DNA from: an uncultured Azospirillum sp.
GTDB lineage: Bacteria; Pseudomonadota; Alphaproteobacteria; Rickettsiales; UBA3002
Assembly: GCA_964621415.1 (NCBI GenBank)
Contig: CAZUOS010000001.1
Location: 3,329 to 42,379, forward strand
Length of the DNA stretch: 39,051 nt
Reading direction: 5' to 3'
The notes under the pieces were generated by a model. It was not told the DNA's origin. It did no database searches and saw nothing but the letters and a program-made list of their open reading frames with translations. Position 1 is the stretch's first letter. Each line of letters opens with the position of its first letter. Positions 7,435-17,874 of this stretch are shown here, in pieces. The translations under genes were made by a program, and so were the position numbers.

Positions 7435-8883
7435 TCAGGCCGACGCGGCGAGTTCGCGGACGACTTCGTCGATCAGTTCCTCGTAGTACTCGACATTACG
7501 GTGCGCCCGGAACGTGAGTCGTTCGAGGGGTGCGGGCGGCTCAATGTCGAAGTCGACATAGAGCTGACCGGCCATCAGGACCGCCGGCGTGTTGAGCGTC
7601 GGATCGATCCACGACTCTCCGCCGATGATCGCCCCCAGGGCTTTCAAGTGGCGGAGATAGGCATTCACACTCTCGGGGATTTCGAGAATGTTGTTCTTGG
7701 TCAGCGGCCGATCAAGCGCCCAGAGGAACGCTGCCTCGACGCTCTCGTAGATCATATCAGCCGTACGGCGGACGGACAGGAACGCCCACAGCGGATCGGA
7801 AGCCGTCGTCCGGTTCCCCCAGAGGCGGAAGCCGTTGTGGCGGATAACCGTCGTCACCTTGTTTTCGTTCAGGTAGTTGCTGTCGGAATTCACATCCGAC
7901 ATACCGAACCCGATCGCCCGGGCCACGCCAGTAATCCCGAAGATTTCCTGGTTCGATGGCGACCACCAGAAGCCCTTTTCCTTGTCCATGCGAGCGATGA
8001 CGCCAGCCGCCCTGGCCGACAGTGGCCTGACGATATTGACGTCGTTGACCGTATCCCAGACAAGGACATTCGGGTCGACGATATAGACACGATCCGAACC
8101 CCAGTCGCCGGCATACGTGACGGCATCGGTGTTCGTCGTGTTCGGACCGTCGGCGATGATGACTGACCGCAGCTGGTTGGCAATCCCCATAAGTTCCGCG
8201 ACGACCGCGTCACGGGCCGAGCCGCGGGTGATCGCCCCGACCTGGGCAGCAGATCCGCCGCCACCCACCAAGGTGACTGTCGGGTCCTCTGTATAGCCTG
8301 TGCCGTTATTGGTCACGGTGATTGCCGTGACTGCCCCAGCCACAACCGTCGCCGTGGCCCTGGCGCCCTTGGCGTTGGCGCCACCGCCCGTGATCTGGAC
8401 TTCCGGGGCTGACGTGTAACCAGATCCGCCGCCCTGAACGGCGATCGTCAGGACACCATTCGTCGTCCGCTGTCCGGTGAACCCGGGGGCGATCAAGATC
8501 CTGGGCGTGACCCCCAGGGCTCCCTTCGCGCCGCGGAAAGCATGGACGCCTTTCGCCAGGGTAACGTCGCCGATGATATTGGAAATCGACTCAGGGGCTG
8601 ACGCACCTTCTGCGACTCGGACAACGACGACCGCGGCACCGATCTGGTCGAAGATATCGTCGATCGCATCCTTGAGCGTACCAGCTGCACCGAGTGAAGC
8701 TGCCTTCCTCGGATCGCCGGTGATCAAGACCGGAGTGTCGAGCGGAAAGATATTGGCGTCGGCATCGGGGGCGGTGCCGATCAGACCGATCACCGAGGAT
8801 TTGATCGTCTGGATCGGACGAATGCCATCCGAGACCTCAATCACCTCGATGCCGTGCAGGAAGTCAAGTGGCATTGTGGTCAT
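7435..8883 (-). CDS. contractile tail sheath protein (P2 FI / Mu L-like) with Gly-rich insertion
   Basis: 482 aa. N-terminus LHGIEVIEV...IGLIGTAP is typical of sheaths. Adjacent to the tube gene. Confidence 0.9.
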   Translation of the reverse strand: MTTMPLDFLHGIEVIEVSDGIRPIQTIKSSVIGLIGTAPDADANIFPLDTPVLITGDPRKAASLGAAGTLKDAIDDIFDQIGAAVVVVRVAEGASAPESISNIIGDVTLAKGVHAFRGAKGALGVTPRILIAPGFTGQRTTNGVLTIAVQGGGSGYTSAPEVQITGGGANAKGARATATVVAGAVTAITVTNNGTGYTEDPTVTLVGGGGSAAQVGAITRGSARDAVVAELMGIANQLRSVIIADGPNTTNTDAVTYAGDWGSDRVYIVDPNVLVWDTVNDVNIVRPLSARAAGVIARMDKEKGFWWSPSNQEIFGITGVARAIGFGMSDVNSDSNYLNENKVTTVIRHNGFRLWGNRTTASDPLWAFLSVRRTADMIYESVEAAFLWALDRPLTKNNILEIPESVNAYLRHLKALGAIIGGESWIDPTLNTPAVLMAGQLYVDFDIEPPAPLERLTFRAHRNVEYYEELIDEVVRELAASA

Positions 8884-8953
8884 CCTTAATTTGAGGAAAG
8901 GTGCTGCAGCAGCCCGCCGCTACAGCTTCGTGTTTTCACGCTGGCGGGGCGTG

Positions 8954-9151
8954 TCAGTTAGGCTTTCCCTGAGCCGCCTTGATCAAGGCAATATCAGGCA
9001 TGTGTGCCGCGGCTTCCGGATTAGCCTTGGTGATCCATTCGACGTTCTCGACACTCAGAAGCGAGTGCGGGATCTTGTCGGACTCGTATTCAGTCCCGTC
9101 GACGTTGATCATCACAGTGCCGTTCGGAAGTTTCATCGTTCCCAGAAGCAT
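8954..9151 (-). CDS. small hypothetical protein (65 aa) downstream of tail fibre
   Basis: ORF fills the gap between fibre and sheath genes. Weak SD and no recognisable motif. Confidence 0.4.
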   Translation of the reverse strand: MLLGTMKLPNGTVMINVDGTEYESDKIPHSLLSVENVEWITKANPEAAAHMPDIALIKAAQGKPN

Positions 9152-9164
9152 GATCCCAATTCCC

Positions 9165-10553
9165 TTACTTGCCGGCGATCCAGTACGGGCCGGAACTATA
9201 ATAAATGAAGTCTACGGCTTCGCCGGCACCCATCGATGATGGCGCCCCAAAGACGTCCGCTCCCGCGCCGCCTTCGACAGTCGTCGTCAGGGCCGTAATC
9301 GCCGACCTAGTGAAGAATTTCATCTTCTGACCGTTTTCGACATCGGTCGTCGGCAGGCGGAGAGTAAGAGCTGCGCTGGTCGACACCCGGTCATAAACGA
9401 CAGTACTGACGGCACTGGTAGGTTGGATAGAACTCCCGCTGGCAGCGTTCGACCGGAGGAAAGTCTCTGTGATGCCGCCGAGGAGTTTGATATTGTTCTT
9501 GCCATTCAGCCGGAGTAGTTCGTTGAAAGACCCTGTGTTGTCCATCACGTAGAACCGAAGACGACCCTGGACCCTTCCGCTCCCAGGGGCGGCGTCTGCT
9601 TCCGCGGAAATCATCGAACTGCGGCGGAAGGACTGGCCGTCCGATCCTGCGAAGGTGATCGATCCCAGCAGGTCACCGCCGTTGATCGAAGACGGGTTCC
9701 CGATCGATCCGCCTCGGGCTCGGGACATGATCAAGCCGAAGGCGTCGACCGAACCCCAGTTGAACAGACCCAGAGTCGAATTGACCGGTGACCCGCCGTG
9801 CGCCTGCATACCCGGAGTTACGGCTGTATCGTCGAAACCCCGGATTGTCTGGATACCAACGCTGTGGTTGAAGACGAAATTTCCGACGCCGAAAATATCT
9901 CCGCCTGTTATAGAGACGTCGACGGAAGACAGATGGTTGATCGTGACTTCGCCCGAAGTTCGATCGATAGAGATTGGTGTATCGAGAAGGGCGCCGGCGT
10001 CGCTGTATCGCCGGACGTAGAAATCGGAACCGCTGTTGTTCCCGCTTTCCCCTGTTGCCGTCAGGCCCAGACCGAAGCGGTTATTACCAGCGGACCGGAA
10101 AGCCAGTGTCCGGTTCGATCCCGGGCCACCGTCGATATAATGAAGCGATGCGCCGCTGCCTGATCCGAAAATCTGGGTCAGCGACCACGTATTGGACCCG
10201 TCCAGCATCGGGATCTTGGCGCCGCTGGTGCCGGTCCCCTTCGTCGCCGCATCGCCGAGGCCGAGGGTGTCTCGCATCGCGGACACCGACGGGTCGTCGA
10301 GAAGGTTCGCTGCGGCGCCCGATACCGAACTCGCTGCCAGTTTCAGATCCAGCGCTGTCTGGAGGCCACTGACGTCCGATATGACATGGGTATGGGAGGC
10401 ATTCGCCTTCGTCGCCAGCCCGGACAGGACCGTCGCGATATCGGTATCGATTGCGGAGAGTGCACTCCGCAACCGATCGACGTCGAGTTCCAGGTCGTTA
10501 TTGGCGTGCGGCAGAGGATAGCTGCGGTTCGCCGTAATATCAAAAGTGGGCAT
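9165..10553 (-). CDS. tail fibre protein
   Basis: 462 aa. N-terminal motif ...KANASHTHVISDVSGLQTALDLK is common in phage fibres. The remainder is Gly/Ser-rich and beta-looking. Confidence 0.75.
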   Translation of the reverse strand: MPTFDITANRSYPLPHANNDLELDVDRLRSALSAIDTDIATVLSGLATKANASHTHVISDVSGLQTALDLKLAASSVSGAAANLLDDPSVSAMRDTLGLGDAATKGTGTSGAKIPMLDGSNTWSLTQIFGSGSGASLHYIDGGPGSNRTLAFRSAGNNRFGLGLTATGESGNNSGSDFYVRRYSDAGALLDTPISIDRTSGEVTINHLSSVDVSITGGDIFGVGNFVFNHSVGIQTIRGFDDTAVTPGMQAHGGSPVNSTLGLFNWGSVDAFGLIMSRARGGSIGNPSSINGGDLLGSITFAGSDGQSFRRSSMISAEADAAPGSGRVQGRLRFYVMDNTGSFNELLRLNGKNNIKLLGGITETFLRSNAASGSSIQPTSAVSTVVYDRVSTSAALTLRLPTTDVENGQKMKFFTRSAITALTTTVEGGAGADVFGAPSSMGAGEAVDFIYYSSGPYWIAGK

Positions 10554-10561
10554 CTCTCACC

Positions 10562-13500
10562 TCAGATCGAGACAGCTCGCATATCCGTAAGGAACGGTCG
10601 AGCCGCCGGAGTACCAGTCAATGTGATCTTCAGTCGGGTCTGAACACCCGTCAGCGGATTACGGCGATATTCACTCTCACTCCAGCCTTCGTTTAGAGGG
10701 ACGGTCGACTGATGGTTCATCGTGTCCCAGTTATCATCGACCTTGTCGTACTGGACAGCCAGTGTCGATCCCGCGGGAGTGATCCGCTTGATGAACATCG
10801 ACAGCCGTACGGCAGTGCCCAGATCGAACGCTCGAGTGACATAGACCCCCGACCCCCTGAGAGATCCCGCAACCAAGAGAACTCCTCGGAGTAGAACGGG
10901 GCTGACTTTCGCTGTCCCCTTGAGGATCGCCCTCAAGACGACGTCTTCTGTAATATAGGACTTCAGCTGCCAGACCTGATCAGGTGCCAGCCGCTTGACC
11001 GTTCCGTTCGCCCGTTCGATTTCAAACTCGATCGTGGCGTCTTCCGTCGGCAGGAAGCAGGCAGCGCGAACCATCAGGTCGGAGCAGTTCGTGACCGAGT
11101 GGGTTCCCAGGTTCACCGTCTTGGTCGTCGGAGCGAAGACCGCAGCCCGTATCCGGAAAGTCAGATCCGACTTCTGGTGCGGGGTCCAGGTCCTGGCGTT
11201 CGATGACGAAAGGAGAACGCCAACCGTGTAAGGCTGAGCCGAAACCCATTTCTGGTTCACGGCATCGAATGCCCCCAGGGTCGCGATCGACAAGGCGTGC
11301 AGAGGATCTTCCGTCTGGAAGACGAAAGCGAACTGCCGGTCGCTTGGCAGGAAAACCGGAGCCCGGAATGTGACTTCGTGCCATTCGTTCAGAACGACGG
11401 TATTCATCCTGACGCGGGTCTGAGCCCAGACGTCGCGAGTCGGAATACCGTTTTCGACAGTCACGATTTCCACGTCGACGGGTTTCGTCGGATCTCCCTT
11501 GGCGCAGAACTTTACGTCGATGCCCGTGATATAACGGGGTTCTTCGACTGAGAAAGTCTGGGCCAGCGGGTCGCGGTTCCCATCGTTGCCACGATCGAAG
11601 ACCCGGAGGACTGTGATCGTCGTCGTGCGCTGGATGGTTTCGGTGATCAGTCGGCCCTGCCCCGTGAAACGGGTCCGGGCTTTCGACCCGCCAAGACCTT
11701 CGGCATACACGATCTTCGTTCCCGCGGCGACGTCCTCGGGAATGGTAAAGGTGCCAGTGATGACGCCCGACCCGTTCGCCGTGATCGTCCCCGGTGGCTT
11801 GACGTCAATGCCATCAAATTCTAGAACATCCAGGATTTCCCCCGGACCGAAATCCTCAATTCGGAAATCAATATCGATCTGGCGGAGGAACTCGAGCTTC
11901 TGGACCTTCTCATCCACGATTTCTTCTTCGGTGACCGTAGTAGAACTGCTGCCACCGGAAACGTGGTTCTGGTTCTGTCCGAAGTTCTGCCAGCCAGGAA
12001 TGGATATCGTCTGCACGAACCGGCGGGTAATATCGGACAAATAGATCGTTGATTTCTCTGTCCAGAAATCCGTTGGAGGATCGATTTCCAGCTGGGCCGG
12101 CGGAGGCGTAAAGTTATCGTACGGGTTTATCTCCATGCAGCCCGTTGCCAGGGTCTGCCGTACGATGATTTCCTCCGTGTAGTCCAGCATGACGTTACCG
12201 GTCATCGGAGCCCGCTTGACTGTCGGATCGATCGCCAGCGTCATGACGCCGTCGAAGACGGCCAGGGTCTGGGTTTCCCCCTCGTCCCGATAGAAATCAT
12301 TGATTAACGGATCGACGAAGACACCCTTCTTGGCAACCGGTTCCCGGCTATCGATATCGGACTTGAGCCGCTCGAGAGCGATCAGATCCAGCATATCGAT
12401 CATACGGCGATACATCCGATCGATATCTTTGAAAGGATACGCCCGGACGCCGTTGTTCTCGACGTCCGGAGTATTCATCCAGTCGTTTCGGATTTCACAC
12501 AGTGCAAGTACGTTCCACGGCGCGATCGGCGGCCGCGGATCGACTTCGTCGGGAATGCCCTTGATATACACGGCCATGCCGCGGCGGTTCAGTCCCAGTA
12601 TGTCGACCCGCGGCAGCTTGTAGGTATAGGTGATCAGCGCCTGGCCGCCGTTGCGGCCGCCGGTTGCCGTCACGGTCTTGTTCGTCGTACCCGACGGATT
12701 AACTTCATCCAGATACCGATACTTGACCGTGTAGCTCGATCCCTGGAGGGGCTCTGCGCCGACTGGCGACCAATCGACGTTGTCAGCTGTCAGCAGGTAG
12801 TCCGAATTCAGGTTATAGACCACAGCCCCCTGTTTCACTTCAACCAGGGACAGGACTGAGTTATTCGACAGATTGTCCTGGCTACCGGAGACACCCTTCG
12901 TGACCGTTTCCGTCGTTTCTTTTTCGATGATCAGTGTAACGACGGACGCCAAAGGGAAATGGTTGAGCGTCATCGTGGACGGACTGGCCCCCAGGGTATG
13001 GACCTCCGCGACGACCTGTTCAAGATCCGGCTCTTCGTCTTCGATGTGCCGGAGGGCGTGCTCACGGGTGAATTTGAAACCCATGATGTTCGCTGTGCCT
13101 TCGCCAATCGCGAAATGCTGGGCGCCTGCCTTTTTGCCCAGGGGCTTGACCCTGCAGCCGTCGACGATGTAGTGGCCGTGGGCGTCGCGGTCATAAACGG
13201 CGATTGCCTGGTTGACCCCCGTCAGATCCGGAGGAGGAGTCTGATCGATGACAACGCCATCTTTCATCAGATAAACGTCGAACAGGTCTCCCTCTTCGCC
13301 GTCACCTGACCAGCCCCAGGTCACGGTCTCGACAAAGCGGGCTGCGCCCGGTTCGCCCTCGGCTTCGCTGCCCGGATGGAGCCCGAGGAGGTCCGGGTCA
13401 TCGGTTTCATCGATGACGCTTGAAGTAATGCGGACACCGATCGTGATTTCACCGACCATCGTCACGCCGTTCAGCGTCTTCTTGGCGACCTGGCGGACGT

Positions 13501-13771
13501 CCCCACGGATATAGACCTCGCCAGCATCGAGCCGAACGACGCCAGTATCCGTATTGACTCGGATATCCGCGCCGGAAATCCGATCGCCGTCTTTCGCGAC
13601 CATGCCAGAGGTCCTGATCCCCCGGCCCGTGATGATCGACTGAAGTTCATTCAGTTCGGCGGCCTGCGCCAGTTTATCTTCGCGAAAGATCAGGCCACTG
13701 AAATCCTCCTTGTCCGTGTGCCGATCATAGGCATTCGGGACGCCCGAAGGATGATTGAAAGGATAAGGCAT
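10562..13771 (-). CDS. large baseplate/fibre-associated structural protein (DUF4815-like by memory of the N-terminal LAQAAELNELQSI signature)
   Basis: 1069-aa ORF between the gpI-like and fibre genes. The family call is unverified. Confidence 0.65.
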   Translation of the reverse strand: MPYPFNHPSGVPNAYDRHTDKEDFSGLIFREDKLAQAAELNELQSIITGRGIRTSGMVAKDGDRISGADIRVNTDTGVVRLDAGEVYIRGDVRQVAKKTLNGVTMVGEITIGVRITSSVIDETDDPDLLGLHPGSEAEGEPGAARFVETVTWGWSGDGEEGDLFDVYLMKDGVVIDQTPPPDLTGVNQAIAVYDRDAHGHYIVDGCRVKPLGKKAGAQHFAIGEGTANIMGFKFTREHALRHIEDEEPDLEQVVAEVHTLGASPSTMTLNHFPLASVVTLIIEKETTETVTKGVSGSQDNLSNNSVLSLVEVKQGAVVYNLNSDYLLTADNVDWSPVGAEPLQGSSYTVKYRYLDEVNPSGTTNKTVTATGGRNGGQALITYTYKLPRVDILGLNRRGMAVYIKGIPDEVDPRPPIAPWNVLALCEIRNDWMNTPDVENNGVRAYPFKDIDRMYRRMIDMLDLIALERLKSDIDSREPVAKKGVFVDPLINDFYRDEGETQTLAVFDGVMTLAIDPTVKRAPMTGNVMLDYTEEIIVRQTLATGCMEINPYDNFTPPPAQLEIDPPTDFWTEKSTIYLSDITRRFVQTISIPGWQNFGQNQNHVSGGSSSTTVTEEEIVDEKVQKLEFLRQIDIDFRIEDFGPGEILDVLEFDGIDVKPPGTITANGSGVITGTFTIPEDVAAGTKIVYAEGLGGSKARTRFTGQGRLITETIQRTTTITVLRVFDRGNDGNRDPLAQTFSVEEPRYITGIDVKFCAKGDPTKPVDVEIVTVENGIPTRDVWAQTRVRMNTVVLNEWHEVTFRAPVFLPSDRQFAFVFQTEDPLHALSIATLGAFDAVNQKWVSAQPYTVGVLLSSSNARTWTPHQKSDLTFRIRAAVFAPTTKTVNLGTHSVTNCSDLMVRAACFLPTEDATIEFEIERANGTVKRLAPDQVWQLKSYITEDVVLRAILKGTAKVSPVLLRGVLLVAGSLRGSGVYVTRAFDLGTAVRLSMFIKRITPAGSTLAVQYDKVDDNWDTMNHQSTVPLNEGWSESEYRRNPLTGVQTRLKITLTGTPAARPFLTDMRAVSI

Positions 13772-13780
13772 TTCTATCTC

Positions 13781-14884
13781 CTAGAAACGGAAGATCATCT
13801 TGACCCGTTCGCGAACGGTCCGGCGGAAGTCGATATTGACCGGGCCGATATCGATACGGGTTCCGCCAGTCAGCTGGGCTTGGTCCAGCCAATGATCACC
13901 GACCTTGGCGTTGACTCGGGTTCCCCCGAAGACCAGCTGGATATTGTCTGCCACATACCCAGACCCGTTCCCGAAGTCCGTCAGGGCTTCAACATAAAAC
14001 ATAGACGGCGAGACCGACGGGCCGTACTGTTCGTCGTTGATCCTGTAGATGCCGGGAGTCTGGTAGTCGACCCCGCGGACAATCCGAGCTCGACGATATC
14101 CGATAACGTCTTCACCGGCTCGGAAAACGACCCGGACCTTTTTAGCGACCAGATTGGAAATCATCAGCTGGGCGCGGGACGCGTTCAGAGGATCTTGCCA
14201 GGATGCGTTGGCGTTGGCCCACGTGTACGGACCCCACATCAGAGAGCTGCCTGTCGGAGCGATCCAGATACCCATCTCCTCAAGAGCGGCCTGGGGGAAC
14301 GGCATATTGAATTCATACGACCGTCCGAAACTCCACTTGGCTTTCCCGTTCGTCCGAGCGCCTGAATACGTCGAATAATTCGTCTGGCTCCACTTCGTCC
14401 AGGACCAATCGAGCGCCCGGACATCGTAGTCACGGAAGCCCCGCCAGAAGAACGACCGAGCCGGCGCCGAGACATTGCACAGATATTCGATATCGTCAAG
14501 CGTAGGTTCTTCGATGGGGATCGCATTCGCGATGTGTTCCATCCAAAGGTTCCACCGCTTGCGACGGGTCGGAAAGTGTTCGATATCGCCGGCCTGGTTA
14601 ATCCAAGTCAACGCCCTTCTGACCGCGGCGAAAGTCCCCCGCTGGCGCTGCCAGGGGAGACCATTCATAATCAGGGTTTCGGGGTCGCCGAAATAACTGG
14701 AGATTTCTCCCAAGCCGAATTCGTAAACCATGAACGGCAGGAACGCCCGCGGGATGCGGCCCAGACCGGGCAATTTGAACCCGTGCATGGACAGCATCGC
14801 TTCGTCGAACTGATCGAAGCGATCCATCGATAGCGACATGGCTTTTTCGAAGTCAGTCGCATTCGGAGGAAGCAGGTGATCCAT
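13781..14884 (-). CDS. baseplate/tail protein I (P2 gpI-like N-terminus with C-terminal extension)
   Basis: N-terminus LLPPNATDFEKAM...FLPFMVYEFGL...WQRQRGTFAAVRRAL is typical of gpI. Follows the gpJ-like gene. Confidence 0.75.
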   Translation of the reverse strand: MDHLLPPNATDFEKAMSLSMDRFDQFDEAMLSMHGFKLPGLGRIPRAFLPFMVYEFGLGEISSYFGDPETLIMNGLPWQRQRGTFAAVRRALTWINQAGDIEHFPTRRKRWNLWMEHIANAIPIEEPTLDDIEYLCNVSAPARSFFWRGFRDYDVRALDWSWTKWSQTNYSTYSGARTNGKAKWSFGRSYEFNMPFPQAALEEMGIWIAPTGSSLMWGPYTWANANASWQDPLNASRAQLMISNLVAKKVRVVFRAGEDVIGYRRARIVRGVDYQTPGIYRINDEQYGPSVSPSMFYVEALTDFGNGSGYVADNIQLVFGGTRVNAKVGDHWLDQAQLTGGTRIDIGPVNIDFRRTVRERVKMIFRF

Positions 14885-15744
14885 TAGAAATTCCTACCCT
14901 TCATCGTCAGGGTAACAGTCCCAAGGGCGATCGCCTTGTTGAACGGCGCCGTCTGATCCGCTCCCGGCGTCTGAACGGTAACCTTCTGGACCCCGCCCCG
15001 CATCAGACGGGAAATGATCCAGGACCGCGTCAGATCGAAACCAAGTCCGCCTTCGGCATACCAGGCGTCACGAAGGTTCTGTTCAAGCCCCTCAAAGACG
15101 GCCTGCGGGGTATCCGGGAGGAGCCAGATATCGGCTGCGATATTGACCGTCTGGAAGACAGCGCTCTCGACGAGGATCGTATCGGATACGAGTCGAACGC
15201 TGTCATCGAGGAGCGAAGCCTCGACCTGATCCAGCAGAGCGTCATCCGGTATGCCGCCATCGTCCGTCGACAGAACGGAGAACCTGACTGTCGGGTCGGT
15301 ATCTTCCCGCCAGACCGCGACCGACCGGACTTTCGGCGACGAAGACATGGCGATGTATTTATACCGAGCGATCGTGCCCCCAGGGGAACGCCCTTGGATG
15401 GCAAGGATGATCCGCTGGCGGAACCTCTCGTCGCTTTCATCGACGAGACGAACCGTGTCATAAAAAGCTCCGAGGTGATCCAGATCCGTGCCGGCGCCGT
15501 AAGCGATCAGGAGGGACCGGGCAGCGTCGTTGACCCGCTGGCGATATCTCATCTCACGATACGCGGTGACCTCGAGCAGTTTGACTGCCGGATCGCTTTC
15601 AAGCGACTGGACGTTGAAATCCGGCCAGCGGGCAATCAGATCCGCTTTCGTCGCAGCGAGGATCGTCTCGAAAGAAATATCTTCAACGAAAGACGGCGTT
15701 CCCAGGGAGGCAACGATGCTTTCAGTGATATGGGGTTCGCTCAT
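14884..15744 (-). CDS. baseplate protein J (P2 gpJ-like)
   Basis: 286 aa. FETILAATKADLIARWPDF...DPAVKLLEVTAYREMRYRQRVNDAARS is the baseplate_J pattern. Confidence 0.85.
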   Translation of the reverse strand: MSEPHITESIVASLGTPSFVEDISFETILAATKADLIARWPDFNVQSLESDPAVKLLEVTAYREMRYRQRVNDAARSLLIAYGAGTDLDHLGAFYDTVRLVDESDERFRQRIILAIQGRSPGGTIARYKYIAMSSSPKVRSVAVWREDTDPTVRFSVLSTDDGGIPDDALLDQVEASLLDDSVRLVSDTILVESAVFQTVNIAADIWLLPDTPQAVFEGLEQNLRDAWYAEGGLGFDLTRSWIISRLMRGGVQKVTVQTPGADQTAPFNKAIALGTVTLTMKGRNF

Positions 15745-16106
15745 AGCCGGAACGTTCCTCGTTCGGTTTCACCGTAGCTGTAGTCGCCAAGGTGCCCACG
15801 GGGGAAATAAATGCCTTCGACAGTCACCGTCATCTTCCCCGGCGTCGCGTCATCGACGATCAGGCGCTGAAGCCTGAACCGAGGTTCCCACCGGTCCAGG
15901 GCATCTGCAGCCGCAGCGATGATCCGGAGGATCGTTTCGTCGTTCATCGGGGCATCGATGAATTCATGTAGGGCGCAGCCATACTGGCGCCGCATGACGC
16001 GAGTGCCAATCGGGGTCGTCAAGATATCCTTGATCGACTGGATGCAGTGCAGCCAATCGGTGACCGTCCCGCCCTGATCCCGCCCGAAGCCAAGGCTGTC
16101 GGCCAT
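15741..16106 (-). CDS. baseplate protein W (GPW/gp25 family)
   Basis: I chose the ATG at 16106 (GAGGAG upstream, just after the stop of ORF 16111..16347) over the track start 16139. Motif SIKDILTTPIGTRVMRRQYGC.L is typical of gp25-like proteins. Confidence 0.85.
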   Translation of the reverse strand: MADSLGFGRDQGGTVTDWLHCIQSIKDILTTPIGTRVMRRQYGCALHEFIDAPMNDETILRIIAAAADALDRWEPRFRLQRLIVDDATPGKMTVTVEGIYFPRGHLGDYSYGETERGTFRL

Positions 16107-16110
16107 AGTT

Positions 16111-16347
16111 TCAGATCTCCTCGCCCGACCGGACACCAATTGTGGTCTTCACGGGGGCTTTCCGCCGTGCGGAGGAGCCCGCTGGCGGGGTTTCCGCGGT
16201 TCCGGGGACTGACCCACCCCCCAGGGGCTCGAGTCGGCCCTGGCGCACCAGATACTTGACCTGGGCAGAGGGAAATTTGACCGTGTCCCCCTTGTTGTAA
16301 TAGGCGGACCCGATCCAGCCGGCTACGAGGATCTTGTACTCGGTCAT
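16111..16347 (-). CDS. small hypothetical protein (78 aa) between V and W
   Basis: GAGGAG SD 8 nt upstream of the ATG. Tightly packed between neighbours, with no recognisable motif. Confidence 0.5.
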   Translation of the reverse strand: MTEYKILVAGWIGSAYYNKGDTVKFPSAQVKYLVRQGRLEPLGGGSVPGTAETPPAGSSARRKAPVKTTIGVRSGEEI

Positions 16348-16359
16348 TGGCGTATCTCC

Positions 16360-16866
16360 TCAGACTGCATAAACCCTAGAAGCCGCTCCCACAGCGGCGT
16401 CGCCGTCACTGTCCAGATCCCCCTTCCGGTGAACCAGCTGACCCCCTTCGCCGCCGAGATGAACGTCAGCATCGAAGACGATCTGATCCGTGCGGAAAGT
16501 AATCTTATCGCCGGTGATCAAAATCGATGTGCCGCCGATTGTCATCTTGTATTCCGACCCTTTGTCATGGGGCGCCCGGTTCTCATTCGAGAACTGGCCT
16601 GCGAAGGCGATCCCCTGGGCAATATCGCCGGACGGGGAAAACATGACGGCGACCTGGCCCTTCGATGGAGGGGTCCAGGTCTTGATCGCGCCGCCGGTAT
16701 CGTGCCACGGCATCCAGCCGGAAAGCAGGTTGCCGTCTTTGATCCGTACGAGGCCTTTATCGTAATCGACTTCCTCGACCTTACCATATCGAACGACGTT
16801 GCGAAGGCGCCGTTCGATTTCAGCGACCCGACGGATCAGTGTCGTTACATCTTGGTCAAGCGACAT
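16360..16866 (-). CDS. baseplate hub/spike assembly protein V (P2 gpV-like)
   Basis: 168 aa. RNVVRYGKVEEVDYDKGLVRIK...SGWMPW...G..KTWTPPSKGQVAVMFSPSGD is the gpV pattern. Confidence 0.85.
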   Translation of the reverse strand: MSLDQDVTTLIRRVAEIERRLRNVVRYGKVEEVDYDKGLVRIKDGNLLSGWMPWHDTGGAIKTWTPPSKGQVAVMFSPSGDIAQGIAFAGQFSNENRAPHDKGSEYKMTIGGTSILITGDKITFRTDQIVFDADVHLGGEGGQLVHRKGDLDSDGDAAVGAASRVYAV

Positions 16867-17440
16867 CTTCGTCTCTCAGGTTGATCCCTCTCGGCGTCAG
16901 ACCTTCGTTGACGTCGAAATTTGCAGGCCAAGTCGTCACGTCATTCAGATCGAAGCCTGCCGGCAACGGCTCACCGAATTCGTCTTCCGCGTAGATCGCC
17001 CGCCCCAGCCTGACATTCTGGTTGAACGCCACCGCGGAAATCGATATGCCGTTCGCCGCCATTTCGACCGTGTGCAGGTTGTCGACCCGGACGACAAGCG
17101 ATGGTCGGGCAGTCGGGATATCGAATGTGCGGAGAGAAATGAATTCCGCCATCGCAAAAGCCAGATCCAGCGCCTGATCCGCGGCTGGCCGAAGAGGTTC
17201 GTCCTTGCAGACACAATAGGCTGCAAGGGAAACCGTGGCATCGAACCGGCCGTCGTTGGCCAGGGGCATGTTCGGAACGCCGAGGATCGATATGAGAACC
17301 GTCGGCGCCGGGGTAATGACCCGCTTGACAGCTTCCAGATCGAACCTGGAAGGAAAATCGCGGACCTGGCGGACGTCAGTGCCTTTGAAATTTTCGGCGA
17401 TATAGGTGATGACGTTCGTTCGATATTCAATCAGGTTCAT
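16856..17440 (-). CDS. tail completion protein (position of P2 gpR / Mu gp37-like)
   Basis: 194 aa between the virion morphogenesis protein and the baseplate genes. The call is positional, with only a weak resemblance to DUF1834. Confidence 0.5.
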   Translation of the reverse strand: MNLIEYRTNVITYIAENFKGTDVRQVRDFPSRFDLEAVKRVITPAPTVLISILGVPNMPLANDGRFDATVSLAAYCVCKDEPLRPAADQALDLAFAMAEFISLRTFDIPTARPSLVVRVDNLHTVEMAANGISISAVAFNQNVRLGRAIYAEDEFGEPLPAGFDLNDVTTWPANFDVNEGLTPRGINLRDEDVA

Positions 17441-17874
17441 GATCCACCACCCAGGGCGCGAGTCATAAAGGCTTCGATCACCTTCTCAATCTCGGACCGG
17501 TTGTCCTGAGACACGCCAATGAATGGGCGCGCAGGCATCTTGCTCGTACCGCCGTGGACATAGCCCGCATAATACGCTGACGGTCCAATCCAAGCCGTGT
17601 CCCCAGATACTTCATAACCGATCGACCGGGCCATATTGCCTGTGACGACCAGAATTTTCTTTCCCTTCTTGCGGGGGCTTTGTGCATACTTCTCGTTGAG
17701 TGGCGGCCATGCCTCGCCGTTTGGTCCATGCGTGTCCTCAAGAACTCGACGCCGGTTCTGGCCGGCAATCACGTTAGCGACGACTTCAAGCAGCTGATCG
17801 GCCTGGATCTGGGTCAGACCGTCGACGGAAGCGATTACTTCTTCCAGGCCTTCGATCTGAACCGTGATTTCCAT
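17437..17874 (-). CDS. virion morphogenesis / tail completion protein (P2 gpS family)
   Basis: 145 aa. ...GEAWPPLNEKYA...KILVVTGNMARSI...YYAGYVHGGTSKMPARPFIGVS matches the pattern. Confidence 0.75.
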   Translation of the reverse strand: MEITVQIEGLEEVIASVDGLTQIQADQLLEVVANVIAGQNRRRVLEDTHGPNGEAWPPLNEKYAQSPRKKGKKILVVTGNMARSIGYEVSGDTAWIGPSAYYAGYVHGGTSKMPARPFIGVSQDNRSEIEKVIEAFMTRALGGGS

